Positions 51,850-64,000 of a stretch of DNA of 64,000 nt are shown in pieces; positions within the stretch are counted from its first letter, which is position 1; each line of letters starts with the position of its first letter. The DNA lies in assembly GCA_964016885.1 (NCBI GenBank), contig OZ024740.1, positions 201,748,001 through 201,812,000 on the forward strand. The letters run 5' to 3'. This stretch comes from Eledone cirrhosa (lineage: Eukaryota). Position numbers and translations under genes: made by a program. The notes beneath the pieces are model-generated. The model did no database searches, had not been told where the DNA came from, and was given only the letters and a program-made list of their open reading frames with translations.

Positions 51850-52320
51850 TATCAGGTGATGGTGACAGCAGCAGTGGTGTTATTGGTGGTAGTTGGGACA
51901 GTAGGTCGAGTGGTGGGGGAGAGGTTTGTGGAGTTTGTGTTACTGATAGTTGTGGCAGCAGAAGTGGCAGTAGTGTTAATAGTGGTAGTGGTGGCGATAT
52001 TTGTGAGTAGTAGCAGAGGTGTTAATGGTAGTAGTTGAGTGGTAGAAGTGGTGTTAGTGGTGGTAATTGTGGCAGTGGTGGTGGTAGTTGTGAGTGGTAG
52101 CAGTGGTGTTAATGGTGGTAATTGTGATGGTAGAAGTTGTGGTAAATGTAGCTGTGGTGGTTGTAGTTATAAGTGGTAGTTGAGAATGGAAGCAGTGGTG
52201 GTGCTGGTAGTGGTAGGAATGCTGACAGTGGTATGAGTGGTGATAGAGGTGGGAATGGTGGGAGTGGTAACAGTTGTGGTGGTGGTGGTGATAGTGATGA
52301 TGGTGGTGTTAGTGGTATGT
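51850..52320. repeat. Degenerate (GGT)/(AGT) low-complexity tract
   Basis: Seen directly. Confidence 0.85.
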
Positions 52321-53379
52321 GCAAAAGTTTCTCATAAAAAACTTTTTTCCCTTCCATTAAAGCAAGATACAATCCTTGCTACTATTTACAACCTGTTGTT
52401 TATGCCACTGATAATATATAATAGCCATCAAACACTCACAAATAATATGATTGAGAAGCCATGATACAATGATAAAAGGTAATTTGAACAAGGATACTCA
52501 CTGTACTATTAATATTACACAGTGAGAGAGAGAGAGGGGGGAGATGGAGAGGAGGAAAGAGAGAGGAGGGAGAAAGAGAAAGAGAAGCAAACTAAACATT
52601 ATCTGAACATGCCTAAAAGATTTCCGGATAATTTTGCATAAATTATGTAAAACTATGATACCTTTTGTTCGAGTAGCTAAATATATCTTGCTATGCGTAT
52701 TTAGCACCTACATCACAACATTCAGATAAACTAAAGTGTGTGCTTTATGTTTTCATATCAGTTCTTCCAAGAGGAGGTAAAAACAAAAGTAAGGAGTATG
52801 AAATTAAAAAAAAAAGGCATCTGATAAAGTAGTCTGTATAGCTTATAGTTAGTTCTTGATAAAAAAAGAAAAAAAAAATTCTAAATGCAGTTTAAAATAC
52901 TTATATTATACATATAATATATTTTAGTTTAACCTTAATTTAACTTGTAGATAAACTACTCTAAGCTAGCATTTTGTTTTAAATATATAAACTGTTTAGT
53001 CATACAGGAAAGGGTCTTGACCATGGATCTTCAAGGCTTCTGAGACTGTCAAGAGGGAGGGAAAAAAAGTATTCTGTCCTTAGACTGGAGAGATACGGTC
53101 TCAATGCTTGCAACAGAGTGAACTTTGCTAATAGCACCAAAGTACCAGTTGTGAGTGTTAAACTAAGCAGTGGGTTGAGTCTAAAACCAGTGGCATAAAG
53201 TAACATAAAAACCAAGGTAGGTATTAGGAAGGGCATCCAGTTGTTAAAAACTGCCTCAAAAAGTCTCATCCAACCCATGCCAGCATAAAAAACGTAGATG
53301 CAGAAATAACTATCCAACAACACGTAAAAAAAAAAGTTTCTAAACATACAAAAGGTTCTATATCTATATTTTTACCACT

Positions 53380-53855
53380 GATAACAACAGAGAGATTCTC
53401 TGTACAAAGGGAAGATTGTAAGATGCCTATGTATGCAGTGGAATGTTGTATGGTAGTGAGACATGGACATCAAATGCAGAGAGTATATGAGAAAGTGAAA
53501 AAGAAATGAATCTAGAATGCTCCGTTGAATGTGTAAATTTAATATGCATAAATAACAAGGCACAGATGAGTCAGGAGAAAAACTGGGTATAAACTGGGTT
53601 TATGAGAAATTAGATGTAGTAAGTTGGAGAGATTATGCTGATAGATGATCACTGGAAGAAGAAATGCCAGAAGTTCTCAGTGGAAAGAAGATGTGGTAGA
53701 GAGAGAGAGACCCAAGAAAATATAGGCAGAAATGGTGATTCGAGATGATGAATCTCACAAAGGTGATGACAAAGGAAAAAGGCATGGGGAGGGGCACTGT
53801 ACTAAGTAGGGTTTTTTTAACCCAGGCAAGCATGAAAAAAGTCATCATCATCATT
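53380..53855 (+). mobile_element. Old degenerate RTE LINE 3' fragment
   Basis: Remnants of KGRL..ACV..MLYGSETW and RNESRMLR.MC, plus a tail motif. Confidence 0.65.
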
Positions 53856-53949
53856 GTTTCCTGAAATTGCTATACTTCAACAAGATAACTGCAGCTATCT
53901 ACAGGGCCATCCAGAGGGAGGGATTCAATCTACAGTTAGCCCACTCTGG

Positions 53950-54560
53950 CCCTTCACTGCGGAAATGCTTGTAAAAAAAAAATTTTTTTTAAAATCACCT
54001 TCAAGATGATAATAACCAATGTATGCTAGTGATCTGCACCATTTGCAATACAGGCATGTGCTTACGGATATATGTGGTACACTGTATCCAATGCACCAAA
54101 TGCAGTGAAATTTACATTGGCAGTGCAATAAGACCACTACGCATCTGTATCAAAGTACACCTCAACACACACATGTACACACTCCTTCAAGAAACACAGA
54201 TAAATGTAAGAACATAAATAAAAACATAACCATCACTATCGAACCCAAGGATAGGAATACTGACAATCTATGAATAATAGAATCTTAATAACGAAGGTGA
54301 AACCCCAAATCAACAATAGACTAGAAATCAACACCCTGTGGCCAACATAGACATACACAGTACACTTTATTCCATTTCAACAACAGCTTAGTTTAGAACA
54401 TAATCCATTCACCACTTCTGGTGTTAGAAGAAAGAAAAACACCACTTTCAAGCATCAATAAATGGCAGCTTAAGAGCAACAAAAAGTACATACAACTCAA
54501 AACTAGTTTCTTATAATAATCTTTTGATGAAGGGATTTTATCCTGAAATATAAGGACCTG
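53950..54560 (+). mobile_element. Penelope-like element relic (GIY-YIG endonuclease end)
   Basis: ORF 54023-54217 reads YVVHCIQCTKCSEIYIGSAIRPLRICIKVH, matching the PLE pattern VIY.I.C..C...YIG.T.R.L..R..EH. Confidence 0.7.
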
Positions 54561-54599
54561 CAAAGAACTGTAAAGTAACACTCCAACATCATTGTTATC

Positions 54600-54940
54600 A
54601 TCCTCATCATCATTTCATTTTACGTCTGCTTTTTCCCTGCTTGCAAGGGTGGGACGGGAACTGATGCTGGCTTGATTTCTACAGCTGGATGCCCTTCCTA
54701 ACACCAACCTCAGTTACAGTGAGTGCTGGGTGCTTTTTTGCCGTGGCACCTCCACGACCACTTTGCAATGGTATGATATGGACCCCAGTCCCTATCATCT
54801 CATTTCTACAGCTGAGTAAACTGGAGCAATGTGAAATAAAGTGTCTTGCTCAAGGAAACAACACATCACCCGGTCTGAGAATTGAACTCACAATCTTTCG
54901 ATTGCAAGGCCAATGCTCTAACCACTAAGCTATGTGCCTC
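54600..54940 (-). mobile_element. Second tRNA/CORE SINE with an RTE-type tail
   Basis: Same architecture as 16862-17302, with one fewer UTR tandem unit and a shorter tail. Confidence 0.83.
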
Positions 54941-55959
54941 CATTATGTTATATCTTTAACATTTACCATACAATCTATATTGTGGTTGCTTTGAAACAAA
55001 ACACTATTTTCTAAATGAATGTTTTTCCCTGCTTGCAAGTGTTGGACCAGTCAACACAGGCCAAGTCTGTACTTAATGCACTACTGACTCTCAGACTAAC
55101 CCCTAAGAGGAGGGAAGGGATCTCATGTTCCTGCTCTCTACAGAGTGCACCATGTGTTTTTTATCATGGATCCAATACTAGGGAGGTTGTCATGTCTTTG
55201 ACACAACTGAAGAGTCCTCCCAGCATCATGATGATGTTTATTAGTGCATAAAATAGTTAGCAAAATGAAAGTTATCTAAATGTGAAAGCCTTCATTTTTA
55301 TCTAACACATTTGCTGATACACAAAATTACAAGATCATTTCTGATCTCATTTACAAAAATGTTTACACTAAGGTGTTTGAGAAAATGCCAAGAATGGCCA
55401 GACAACTAAACTGCTCTAGTATGGAATTATGGACATTCAAATAATGATATTGATGAACCAACATACACCCCATTTTCTCTCTCTCTTCTCTCTTCATATA
55501 ATTATTAGATTTAAAAGACATCTTTCCAACAAAGCAGACTGTCTAACATTCTACTATAATTCAGTAACACTTCATTTGCATCTTTTTTTTTTTTGCAAGA
55601 TAGGTAGAAAAGGAAATAGCCCATTAACTCATAACATCCTGTACCACATGAAACAACATTAGCAAGACATTCTTGAAATGTACAAAACAGCACTATGACT
55701 GCATTACATTAAAGATTGAAGTCTTGCAATTTTTCACAACAATCTGTCCACTAATAGAGATGCTATAAACATTTAAATTAAGAAACATGTTTTTAGATAT
55801 TTTCTGCCAAATCATTACAGAATATTAAGAGTTTATACAGCTATAAGAAGCTAAAGTTCCGATATCTTCAACTGTATAAGAATGAGCAATTCTATTTCAT
55901 AGTAGACCTTTGTTAGCCAGGCTTAAGAATATTATTGTAATCCAGAAGAATGGTGAAGA

Positions 55960-56150
55960 TACGTGGCCTAGTGGTAAGGGTGTTGGACTTACAATCATAA
56001 TGTCATCGTTTTGATTCCTGAACTAGGTTGTGTGTTGTATTCTTGAGCAAAACACTTCATTTCACGTTGCTCCAGTATACTGAGCTGTAAATGAGTACCA
56101 GCAGTAGCTGGGGGTTTAACCTTGCATTGGACTGGTATCCCCACTGGATA
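55960..56150 (+). mobile_element. Old tRNA/CORE-type SINE
   Basis: tggcctagtggtaagg head; cttgagcaaaacacttcatttcacgttgctccag domain. Confidence 0.7.
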
Positions 56151-56160
56151 GGACACCACC

Positions 56161-59100
56161 ATTCCAGTATTCCAGTACTAACAATGTTTGACTATATGTC
56201 AACACCCCAGTATTCCAGTACTAACAATGTTTGGCTATATGCCGCCACCCCAGTATTCCAGTAACAACAATGTTTGACTATATGTCAACACCCCAGTATT
56301 CCAGTACTAACAATGTTTGACTATATGTCAACACCCCAGTATTCCAGTAACAACAATGTTTGACTATATGACAACACCCCAGTATTCCAGTACTAACAAT
56401 GTTTGACTATATGTCAACACCCCAGTATTCCAGTAACAACAATATTTGACTATATGCCGCCACCTCAGTATTCCAGTAACAACAATATTTGACTATATAC
56501 TGCCACCTCAGTATTCCAGTACTAACAATGTTTGACTATATGTCAACACCCCAGTATTCCAGTACTAACAATGTTTGACTATATGTCAACATCCCAGTAT
56601 TCCAGTAACAACAATGTTTGACTATATGTCAACATCCCAGTATTCCAGTACTAACAATGTTTGGCTATATGCCACCACCCCAGTATTCCAGTAACAACAA
56701 TGTTTGACTATATGTCAACACCCCAGTATTCCAGTACTAACAATGTTTGACTATATGTCAACACCCCAGTATTCCAGTAACAACAATGTTTGACTATATG
56801 ACAACACCCCAGTATTCCAGTACTAACAATGTTTGGCTATATGTCAACACCCCAGTATTCCAGTAACAACAATATTTGACTATATGCCGCCACCTCAGTA
56901 TTCCAGTAACAACAATATTTGACTATATACTGCCACCTCTGTATTCCAGTACTAACAATGTTTGACTATATGTCAACACCCCAGTATTCCAGTACTAACA
57001 ATGTTTGACTATATGTCAACACCGCAGTATTCCAGTACTAACAATGTTTGACTATATGTCAACACCCCAGTATTCCAGTACTAACAATGTTTTGCTATAT
57101 GTCAACACCCCAGTATTCCAGTAACAACAATGTTTGACTATATGACAACACCCCAGTATTCCAGTACTAACAATGTTTGACTATATGTCAACATCCCAGT
57201 ATTCCAGTAACAACAATGTTTGACTATATGACAACACCCCAGTATTCCAGTACTAACAATGTTTGGCTATATGTCAACACCCCAGTATTCCAGTAACAAC
57301 AATATTTGACTATATACTGCCACCTCAGTATTCCAGTACTAACAATGTTTGACTATATGCCGCCACCTCGGTATTCCAGTACTAACAATGTTTGACTATA
57401 TGCCGCCACCTCAGTATTCCAGTACTAACAATGTTTGACTATATGACAACACCCCAGTATTCCAGTACTAACAATGTTTGACTATATGCCGCCACCTCGG
57501 TATTCCAGTACTAACAATGTTTGACTATATGCCGCCACCTCAGTATTCCAGTACTAACAATGTTTGACTATATGACAACACCCCAGTATTCCAGTACTAA
57601 CAATGTTTGACTATATGTCAACACCCCAGTATTCCAGTACTAACAATGTTTGGCTATATGTCAACACCCCAGTATTCCAGTAACAACAATATTTGACTAT
57701 ATGCCGCCACCTCAGTATTCCAGTACTAACAATGTTTGACTATATGACAACACCCCAGTATTCCAGTACTAACAATGTTTGACTATATGTCAACACCGCA
57801 GTATTCCAGTAACAACAATATTTGACTATATGCCGCCACCTCAGTATTCCAGTAACAACAATATTTGACTATATACTGCCACCTCAGTATTCCAGTACTA
57901 ACAATGTTTGACTATATGTCAACACCCCAGTATTCCAGTACTAACAATGTTTGACTATATGTCAACACCGCAGTATTCCAGTACTAACAATGTTTGGCTA
58001 TATGTCAACACCCCAGTATTCCAGTACTAATAATGTTTGGCTATATGTCAACACCCCAGTATTCCAGTAACAACAATATTTGACTATATGCCACCACCTC
58101 AGTATTCCAGTAACAACAATATTTGACTATATACTGCCACCTCAGTATTCCAGTACTAACAATGTTTGACTATATGTCAACACCCCAGTATTCCAGTACT
58201 AACAATGTTTGACTATATGTCAACACCCCAGTATTCCAGTACTAACAATGTTTGACTATATGTCAACACCGCAGTATTCCAGTACTAACAATGTTTGACT
58301 ATATGTCAACACCCCAGTATTCCAGTACTAACAATGTTTGGCTATATGTCAACACCCCAGTATTCCAGTAACAACAATATTTGACTAAATACTGCCACCT
58401 CAGTATTCCAGTACTAACAATGTTTGGCTATATGTCAACACCCCAGTATTCCAGTACTAACAATGTTTGGCTATATACTGCCACCTCAGTATTCCAGTAC
58501 TAACAATGTTTGACTATATGTCAACACCCCAGTATTCCAGTACTAACAATGTTTGACTATATGTCAACACCCCAGTATTCCAGTACTAACAATGTTTGGC
58601 TATATACTGCCACCTCAGTATTCCAGTACTAACAATGTTTGGCTATATGTCAACACCCCAGTATTCAAGTAACAACAATATTTGACTATATGCCGCCACC
58701 TCAGTATTCCAGTAACAACAATATTTGACTAAATACTGCCACCTCAGTATTCCAGTACTAACAATGTTTGACTATATGTCAACATCCCAGTACTCCAGTA
58801 CTAACAATGTTTGGCTATATGTCAACACCCCAGTATTCCAGTACTAACAATGTTTGACTATATGTCAACATCCCAGTATTCCAGTACTAACAATGTTTGG
58901 CTATATGTCAACACCGCAGTATTCCAGTAACAACAATGTTTGACTATATGTCAACACCGCAGTATTCCAGTACTAACAATGTTTGACTATATGTCAACAC
59001 CCCAGTATTCCAGTACTAACAATGTTTGACTATATGTCAACACCGCAGTATTCCAGTACTAACAATGTTTGACTATATATCAACACCCCAGTATTCCAGT

Positions 59101-59955
59101 ACTAACAATGTTTGACTATATGTCAACACCGCAGTATTCCAGTACTAAATGTTTGACTATATGTCAACACCCCAGTATTCCAGTAACAACAATGTTTGAC
59201 TATATGACAACACCCCAGTATTCAAGTACTAACAATGTTTGGCTATATGTCAACATCCCAGTATTCCAGTACTAACAATGTTTGGCTATATGTCAACACC
59301 CCAGTATTCCAGTACTAACAATGTTTGGCTATGTCAACACCCCAGTATTCCAGTAACAACAATATTTGACTATATGCCGCCACCTCAGTATTCCAGTAAC
59401 AACAATATTTGACTATATACTGCCACCTCAGTATTCCAGTACTAACAATGTTTGACTATATGTCAACACCCCAGTATTCCAGTACTAACAATGTTTGACT
59501 ATATGTCAACACCCCAGTATTCCAGTACTAACAATGTTTGACTATATGTCAACACCCCAGTATTCCAGTACTAACAATGTTTGGCTATATGTCAACACCC
59601 CAGTATTCCAGTAACAACAATATTTGACTATATACTGCCACCTCAGTATTCCAGTACTAACAATGTTTGACTATATGTCAACACCCCAGTATTCCAGTAC
59701 TAACAATGTTTGACTATATGTCAACACCCCAGTATTCCAGTACTAACAATGTTTGACTATATGACAACACCCCAGTGTTCCAGTACTAACAATATTTGGC
59801 TATATGTCAACACCCCAGTATTCCAGTAACAACAATATTTGACTATATGCTGCCACCTCAGTATTCCAATAACAATATTTAACTATATGCTGCCACCTCA
59901 GTATTCCAGTAACAACAATGTTTGACTATATTCTACCATTCCAGTACTAACAGTG
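56161..59955. repeat. 43-bp satellite, ~87 copies, several sequence variants
   Basis: Unit cagtattccagtactaacaatgtttgactatatgtcaacaccc; period 43 checked at 56168/56211. Confidence 0.98.
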
Positions 59956-60411
59956 ACTGTATTCTACCAACTCAGTATTCTACTACCAACAATGTTTGTC
60001 TATATTCTGTGGATTGCACACATGGTACAGGGTCAGCTCAAAAGGTTACAACATAAATATCTTTTGTTGTTAGTAATAAAGGATTGTTATTGTATTGTTA
60101 AACCTTTTCATTATCATATTTCTAATGAAAGGCGCTGCCTACGATGTTCAAATAAATTTTCATATAACCAAGAATTTGGAGGGATTTTCTAACAGCCTTT
60201 TCATTATTTATATGGTGTTGGGGGCACAACAGAAGTTCTAAAGTAAAATTATGATGAAATGTTTTACATAAATATATAGCCAAAGATGACAAGTTCCTTA
60301 ATGTGGCAGTGCTGGTGCCACAATAAAAAGTACCAAGTCCATTCTGTCAGATGATAGTTACAGTACCATAATAAACACACCAGGAACATGCTGTTAAGTG
60401 GGTAGCATTAA

Positions 60412-60609
60412 CACTTTAGCATTTACATTACTCTATATTTACTATTGTATTTTCATGGTAAACACTTTATCTCACATAATATCAAATCTACAAGAGTTTT
60501 ATGTTATTTATTTTGAGAACAATACCTTAACATAAGTATGAGCAGCCAATTACAGCTGGTTTGAACAGAAAGGGGTGAAAGAATTCTGGCCAGTTTAAAT
60601 GCTAAAGGG
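60412..60609. mobile_element. piggyBac-type MITE (family A) inserted in an RTE-UTR relic
   Basis: TTAA|cactttagcattta ... taaatgctaaaggg|TTAA splits gtgggtagcattaa/gaagggtatc. Confidence 0.85.
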
Positions 60610-62040
60610 TTAAGAAGGGTATCAAACTGTAGAAACCATGCCAGATTGGACAGAATGAGACAGTCATCTGACCTATCAAGCTTAATAATGTGACAACCTG
60701 TATAACCCAATCAATCATTAAAAATAGTCAATGATGTTGATATACATTTTAAAATAAACAGATTTGTATCATAGAACCAGAAGTAGTTTCAGGCAGTTTG
60801 ATATCAAAAGTGTTAATACAAACTGGACAAATAAAGATGTCATGTACCAACACAGCTTGAACGTCATTGTTGAAACAGGGGTCTAACAATTCCTTCTTTA
60901 TTAGGAACAGGATGTCCTAAAATGTTGAACATATGGTCTCATTTACAGAACAGTATTTACCCAATCTAAAACAAATGACCTATATGCATGGTATTGTATA
61001 TATGTATGTAACAGTCATGTATTTTACTGACAACCTACATATACTGGATTCATACACATGAATCCAGTGTACAGAAACAGTATAAGATTCAACTGAAACT
61101 ATGAGAAATGTGGATGTAAACACACACATGTAAATATATTCAGGTATTTCTCCACAGATTGAAAAAAATGAACAGCTTGATTTGAATTTCACTTATTGTT
61201 AAACCACTTTTTAGAAACTGTCTACATCTTCCACAATTCACAAACAAATGTGTAACCAAAGGCTTTTCACAGCTTCACTAAAACCCTGTACAGGTTATGT
61301 ACAGATACAAATTTCCAGTCGGATAACTATGTTATCTGTTTGGTCACATCTTTAGCATGGTCCCTACGGCTGGATGCTCATCCTAACAACAACCACTTTA
61401 CAGAGTCTATTGGGTTCATTTACATGAGAAAAATTGTTGTGTGCTCAATCAAACTGAAGAATCCTTTCTATCACACACGTGTATGTGAAAATAAACTAAG
61501 GATAAAAAAAAATCTACAAGCATACTGTCAATGGCAGATTAGGTAGATTAGAGAGAATAATAGAAAAGAAAACCTATAAACATAATTTTAGACACCAGTT
61601 GAAATGTAAAGTACATTCATTATAAACTGTAGTAAAGCAACAGTTTGAGCTATTGTTAAACACTGACTGAATATACTTCATATTTTATATAGGTTAACTG
61701 ATTCATAAGTGACAATGGAAGTTTTAAAATATATATATTGAAACCAAGTTCTCCTATTTAGAATGTTATTTCAAGATGATGATAATGTTGACTATAATTC
61801 TAATGATGATGATGACTAGCAGTGAAGGTATATGATGTGAAGAGAAGGTAATCAGTATGAGACTGATGATGACTATTAACACAAAAGAATTACAATAGAG
61901 AAAATATTATCCCTGTCTATTCACCAATCCTGTAATTCCAGCAGAATGACTGATATTTCCTTACACTGTCATTTGGTACAGTTGATAAGAATATGATTGA
62001 GAGTGGGAGGAAGAGAGAAAGGAGGGAGAGAGATACACAG

Positions 62041-62078
<38 letters not shown>

Positions 62079-63278
62079 CATATTTAATATAGAAATGGCT
62101 TCTACAGGACTAGAATTGTTTCATTCAAAAGAAATCATCAGGAAATGCTTTAAGCACCTAACTGTGGTTACACCCGTTTGAACCCAAGATTCAGAGAGAG
62201 AGAGACATGTGTAGAACTTTTAAATCCATTTTGATGGGAACCTACCGGAGATCACCCCTAATTCTATGATAGGAATCCATTTCTTTTAATCTTTTGGTGA
62301 CCATATTCCTAATAAAATACATGGTCTATGTGTTTCAATTAATTTTCAAATAATCAGAAAATTTGAAATATCTAAATTCCCCATTATTAAGCTGTTTCGA
62401 ATATAAAAAAAAAATTCTTACATATAATTTTGAATGCAGGTTTAAATTTAAATAAAGTACTTTGAACTGGACAGTTTTGGGGGTTATAAAACTAGGGGTA
62501 ATCTAAGGCAGGTTAGTATCAAAAGAGATAAATATTTATATGTAAATTCAACTCTTTTATAATAAAGTGTATCTAAGAACCTTTTGTTAAGTTCCAAACA
62601 GCATCATGATAATTGAGAAGTTAGCTATTTTCCTAAATTCTTGATTATTTTCCAAATTAATTGAAACACATAGGCAGAATATTTCATTAGAAATATAATC
62701 ATGTAAAGGTTAAAAGATAGATGAAGCACAATAAATGTGTAAGCCTACTACCATCAGTTAATGCGTAAAAGTGTGTAAGGTTAGTAAATGTGTAAACACT
62801 TGTGCAAATGTGTAAGCCTGTATCATCATCACCGTTTAACGTCCATTTTTCCACGATAGCATATATGTGAAAATGGGTATATAGTCGTGTATACATACTA
62901 ACCAAAGATTAAATCCTGTATACATACTAGCCAAAGATTAAATAAACAGTTCACTGGAAAGTTAGTAGTAAAATTATGTTTGCCCATCAGTTCTAAACAA
63001 ACACTTCACTCATACTTTACAAACAGATGGCACCCATCTCCTATCATATATTGACCAACAACATATCAAATCTGTTCTCATTGTAACAACAAATTGCTAG
63101 ATATTAGGCAAGGGTTCCCAAACTTTGTCGTCCCAGTTTAGTTTACTGCATGGCAACTTTTCCAACGTAAATTTATCCCCACCCTGTTTTGTTCAGTGAT
63201 TTTAGCTTACATCTGTACCATAATACAGCAATTGACAAAGAGAATTTTTTAATACTATTTTTAACATTATTATTTTAG

Positions 63279-63465
63279 ATTGGCAGTATCGGTAGAGGGT
63301 CGGATGCCATGCTTTGACGCATAGAGTTACGGCCCTTGCCATTCTGAGTTCAAATCCCGCCAAGGTTAACTTTGCCTTTCATTCTTACGTGGTCGATAAA
63401 ATAAAATACCAGTAATGCACTGGGTAATTGCTAGCCTTGTGCCAATAGTAGAAACAATTATTATT
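63279..63465 (+). mobile_element. Near-full-length tRNA-derived SINE
   Basis: A-box tggcagtatcgg at 63281, B-box gagttcaaatcc at 63346, central domain, (ATT)n tail, attattatttt duplicated on both sides. Confidence 0.9.
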
Positions 63466-64000
63466 TTCACTATTAATAATGTTTATCTGCTTTTCTATGT
63501 TGGCCTGAGTTGGACAGGCCATTACAAACCAAGTCAGAACTTAATTGGGGCTATGTCCTCTTTGATGGGTCAAGAGATTGCATCAAATTTGGCTTGGCTA
63601 TATTCCATTTTAGCATGGTTTTCACAGATGGATGCTCTTCCTAATACCTACCACTTTAGAGAATGTATTTTAGATTTAAATAATACACGATAATGAAAGA
63701 GTATGATACATAAGTTCAACATAGTAGAAAGAATACAAATTAGATTTCTCAGTAAACAAAATAAGCCTACTTAAATGTCCATCTCAAGTTCAGATTATTA
63801 TTAATTATAATTGAAAAAAAAAAAAATACAAATCCAGAATCAGCAAATTTACTCCCTGAGGTGAAATTTACCCACTGGAGGTAAATTTATCCCAGGTTAG
63901 GAGCATATGCTCATAATCATGTTAATATTACAAAAAATAACTGCAGTGTATCCACCAGCCCTGTCCCCAGACACAAAAATTGTAACTTTATTCTGTACAA

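Noticed and set aside
51810-52464. Gly/Ser-, Val- or Pro-rich ORFs
   Set aside because: Degenerate GGT/AGT trinucleotide low-complexity sequence without splice evidence.
56161-59955. CRISPR-like array (palindromic repeats)
   Set aside because: No unique spacers, no cas genes, eukaryotic context; it is a head-to-tail satellite. The same applies to 48268-49500.
63279-63360. tRNA gene
   Set aside because: Has A/B boxes but continues into the SINE body, with no acceptor-stem closure or poly-T terminator; multi-copy and degenerate.
63109-63907. Possible old hAT/Charlie MITE (caagggttcccaaac ... ggtaaatttatcccaggttaggagc)
   Set aside because: The right TIR is too degraded and there is no clear TSD, so it is not supportable as a feature.

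Overview
AT-rich animal genomic DNA, most likely octopus or another coleoid cephalopod. This is inferred from the SINE/LINE repertoire and the huge (TA)/(TG) microsatellites, and was not verified by search. The window lies inside very long introns of one minus-strand gene, an RH-RhoGEF of the ARHGEF11/ARHGEF12 (PDZ-RhoGEF/LARG, Drosophila RhoGEF2) family. I can support two phase-compatible coding exons: 33215-33300 and the first PDZ exon, 17582-17680. Almost everything else is repeat: several RTE-clade LINE subfamilies whose RT carries an embedded PHD finger and which sit in dinucleotide microsatellites, a CORE-type SINE sharing the 3' tail of one of those LINEs, many young tRNA-derived SINEs, piggyBac-type MITEs, a hAT element, a Helitron, a Penelope relic, and 33-, 43-, 51- and 73-bp tandem arrays. 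Almost all other ORFs in the track are microsatellite or antisense artefacts. Repeat boundaries were read by eye and are approximate. The best leads are the PHD-in-RT LINEs, the near-identical inverted LINE pair bracketing the PDZ exon, the LINE/SINE partner pair, and a satellite born from a junction of two retroelements.
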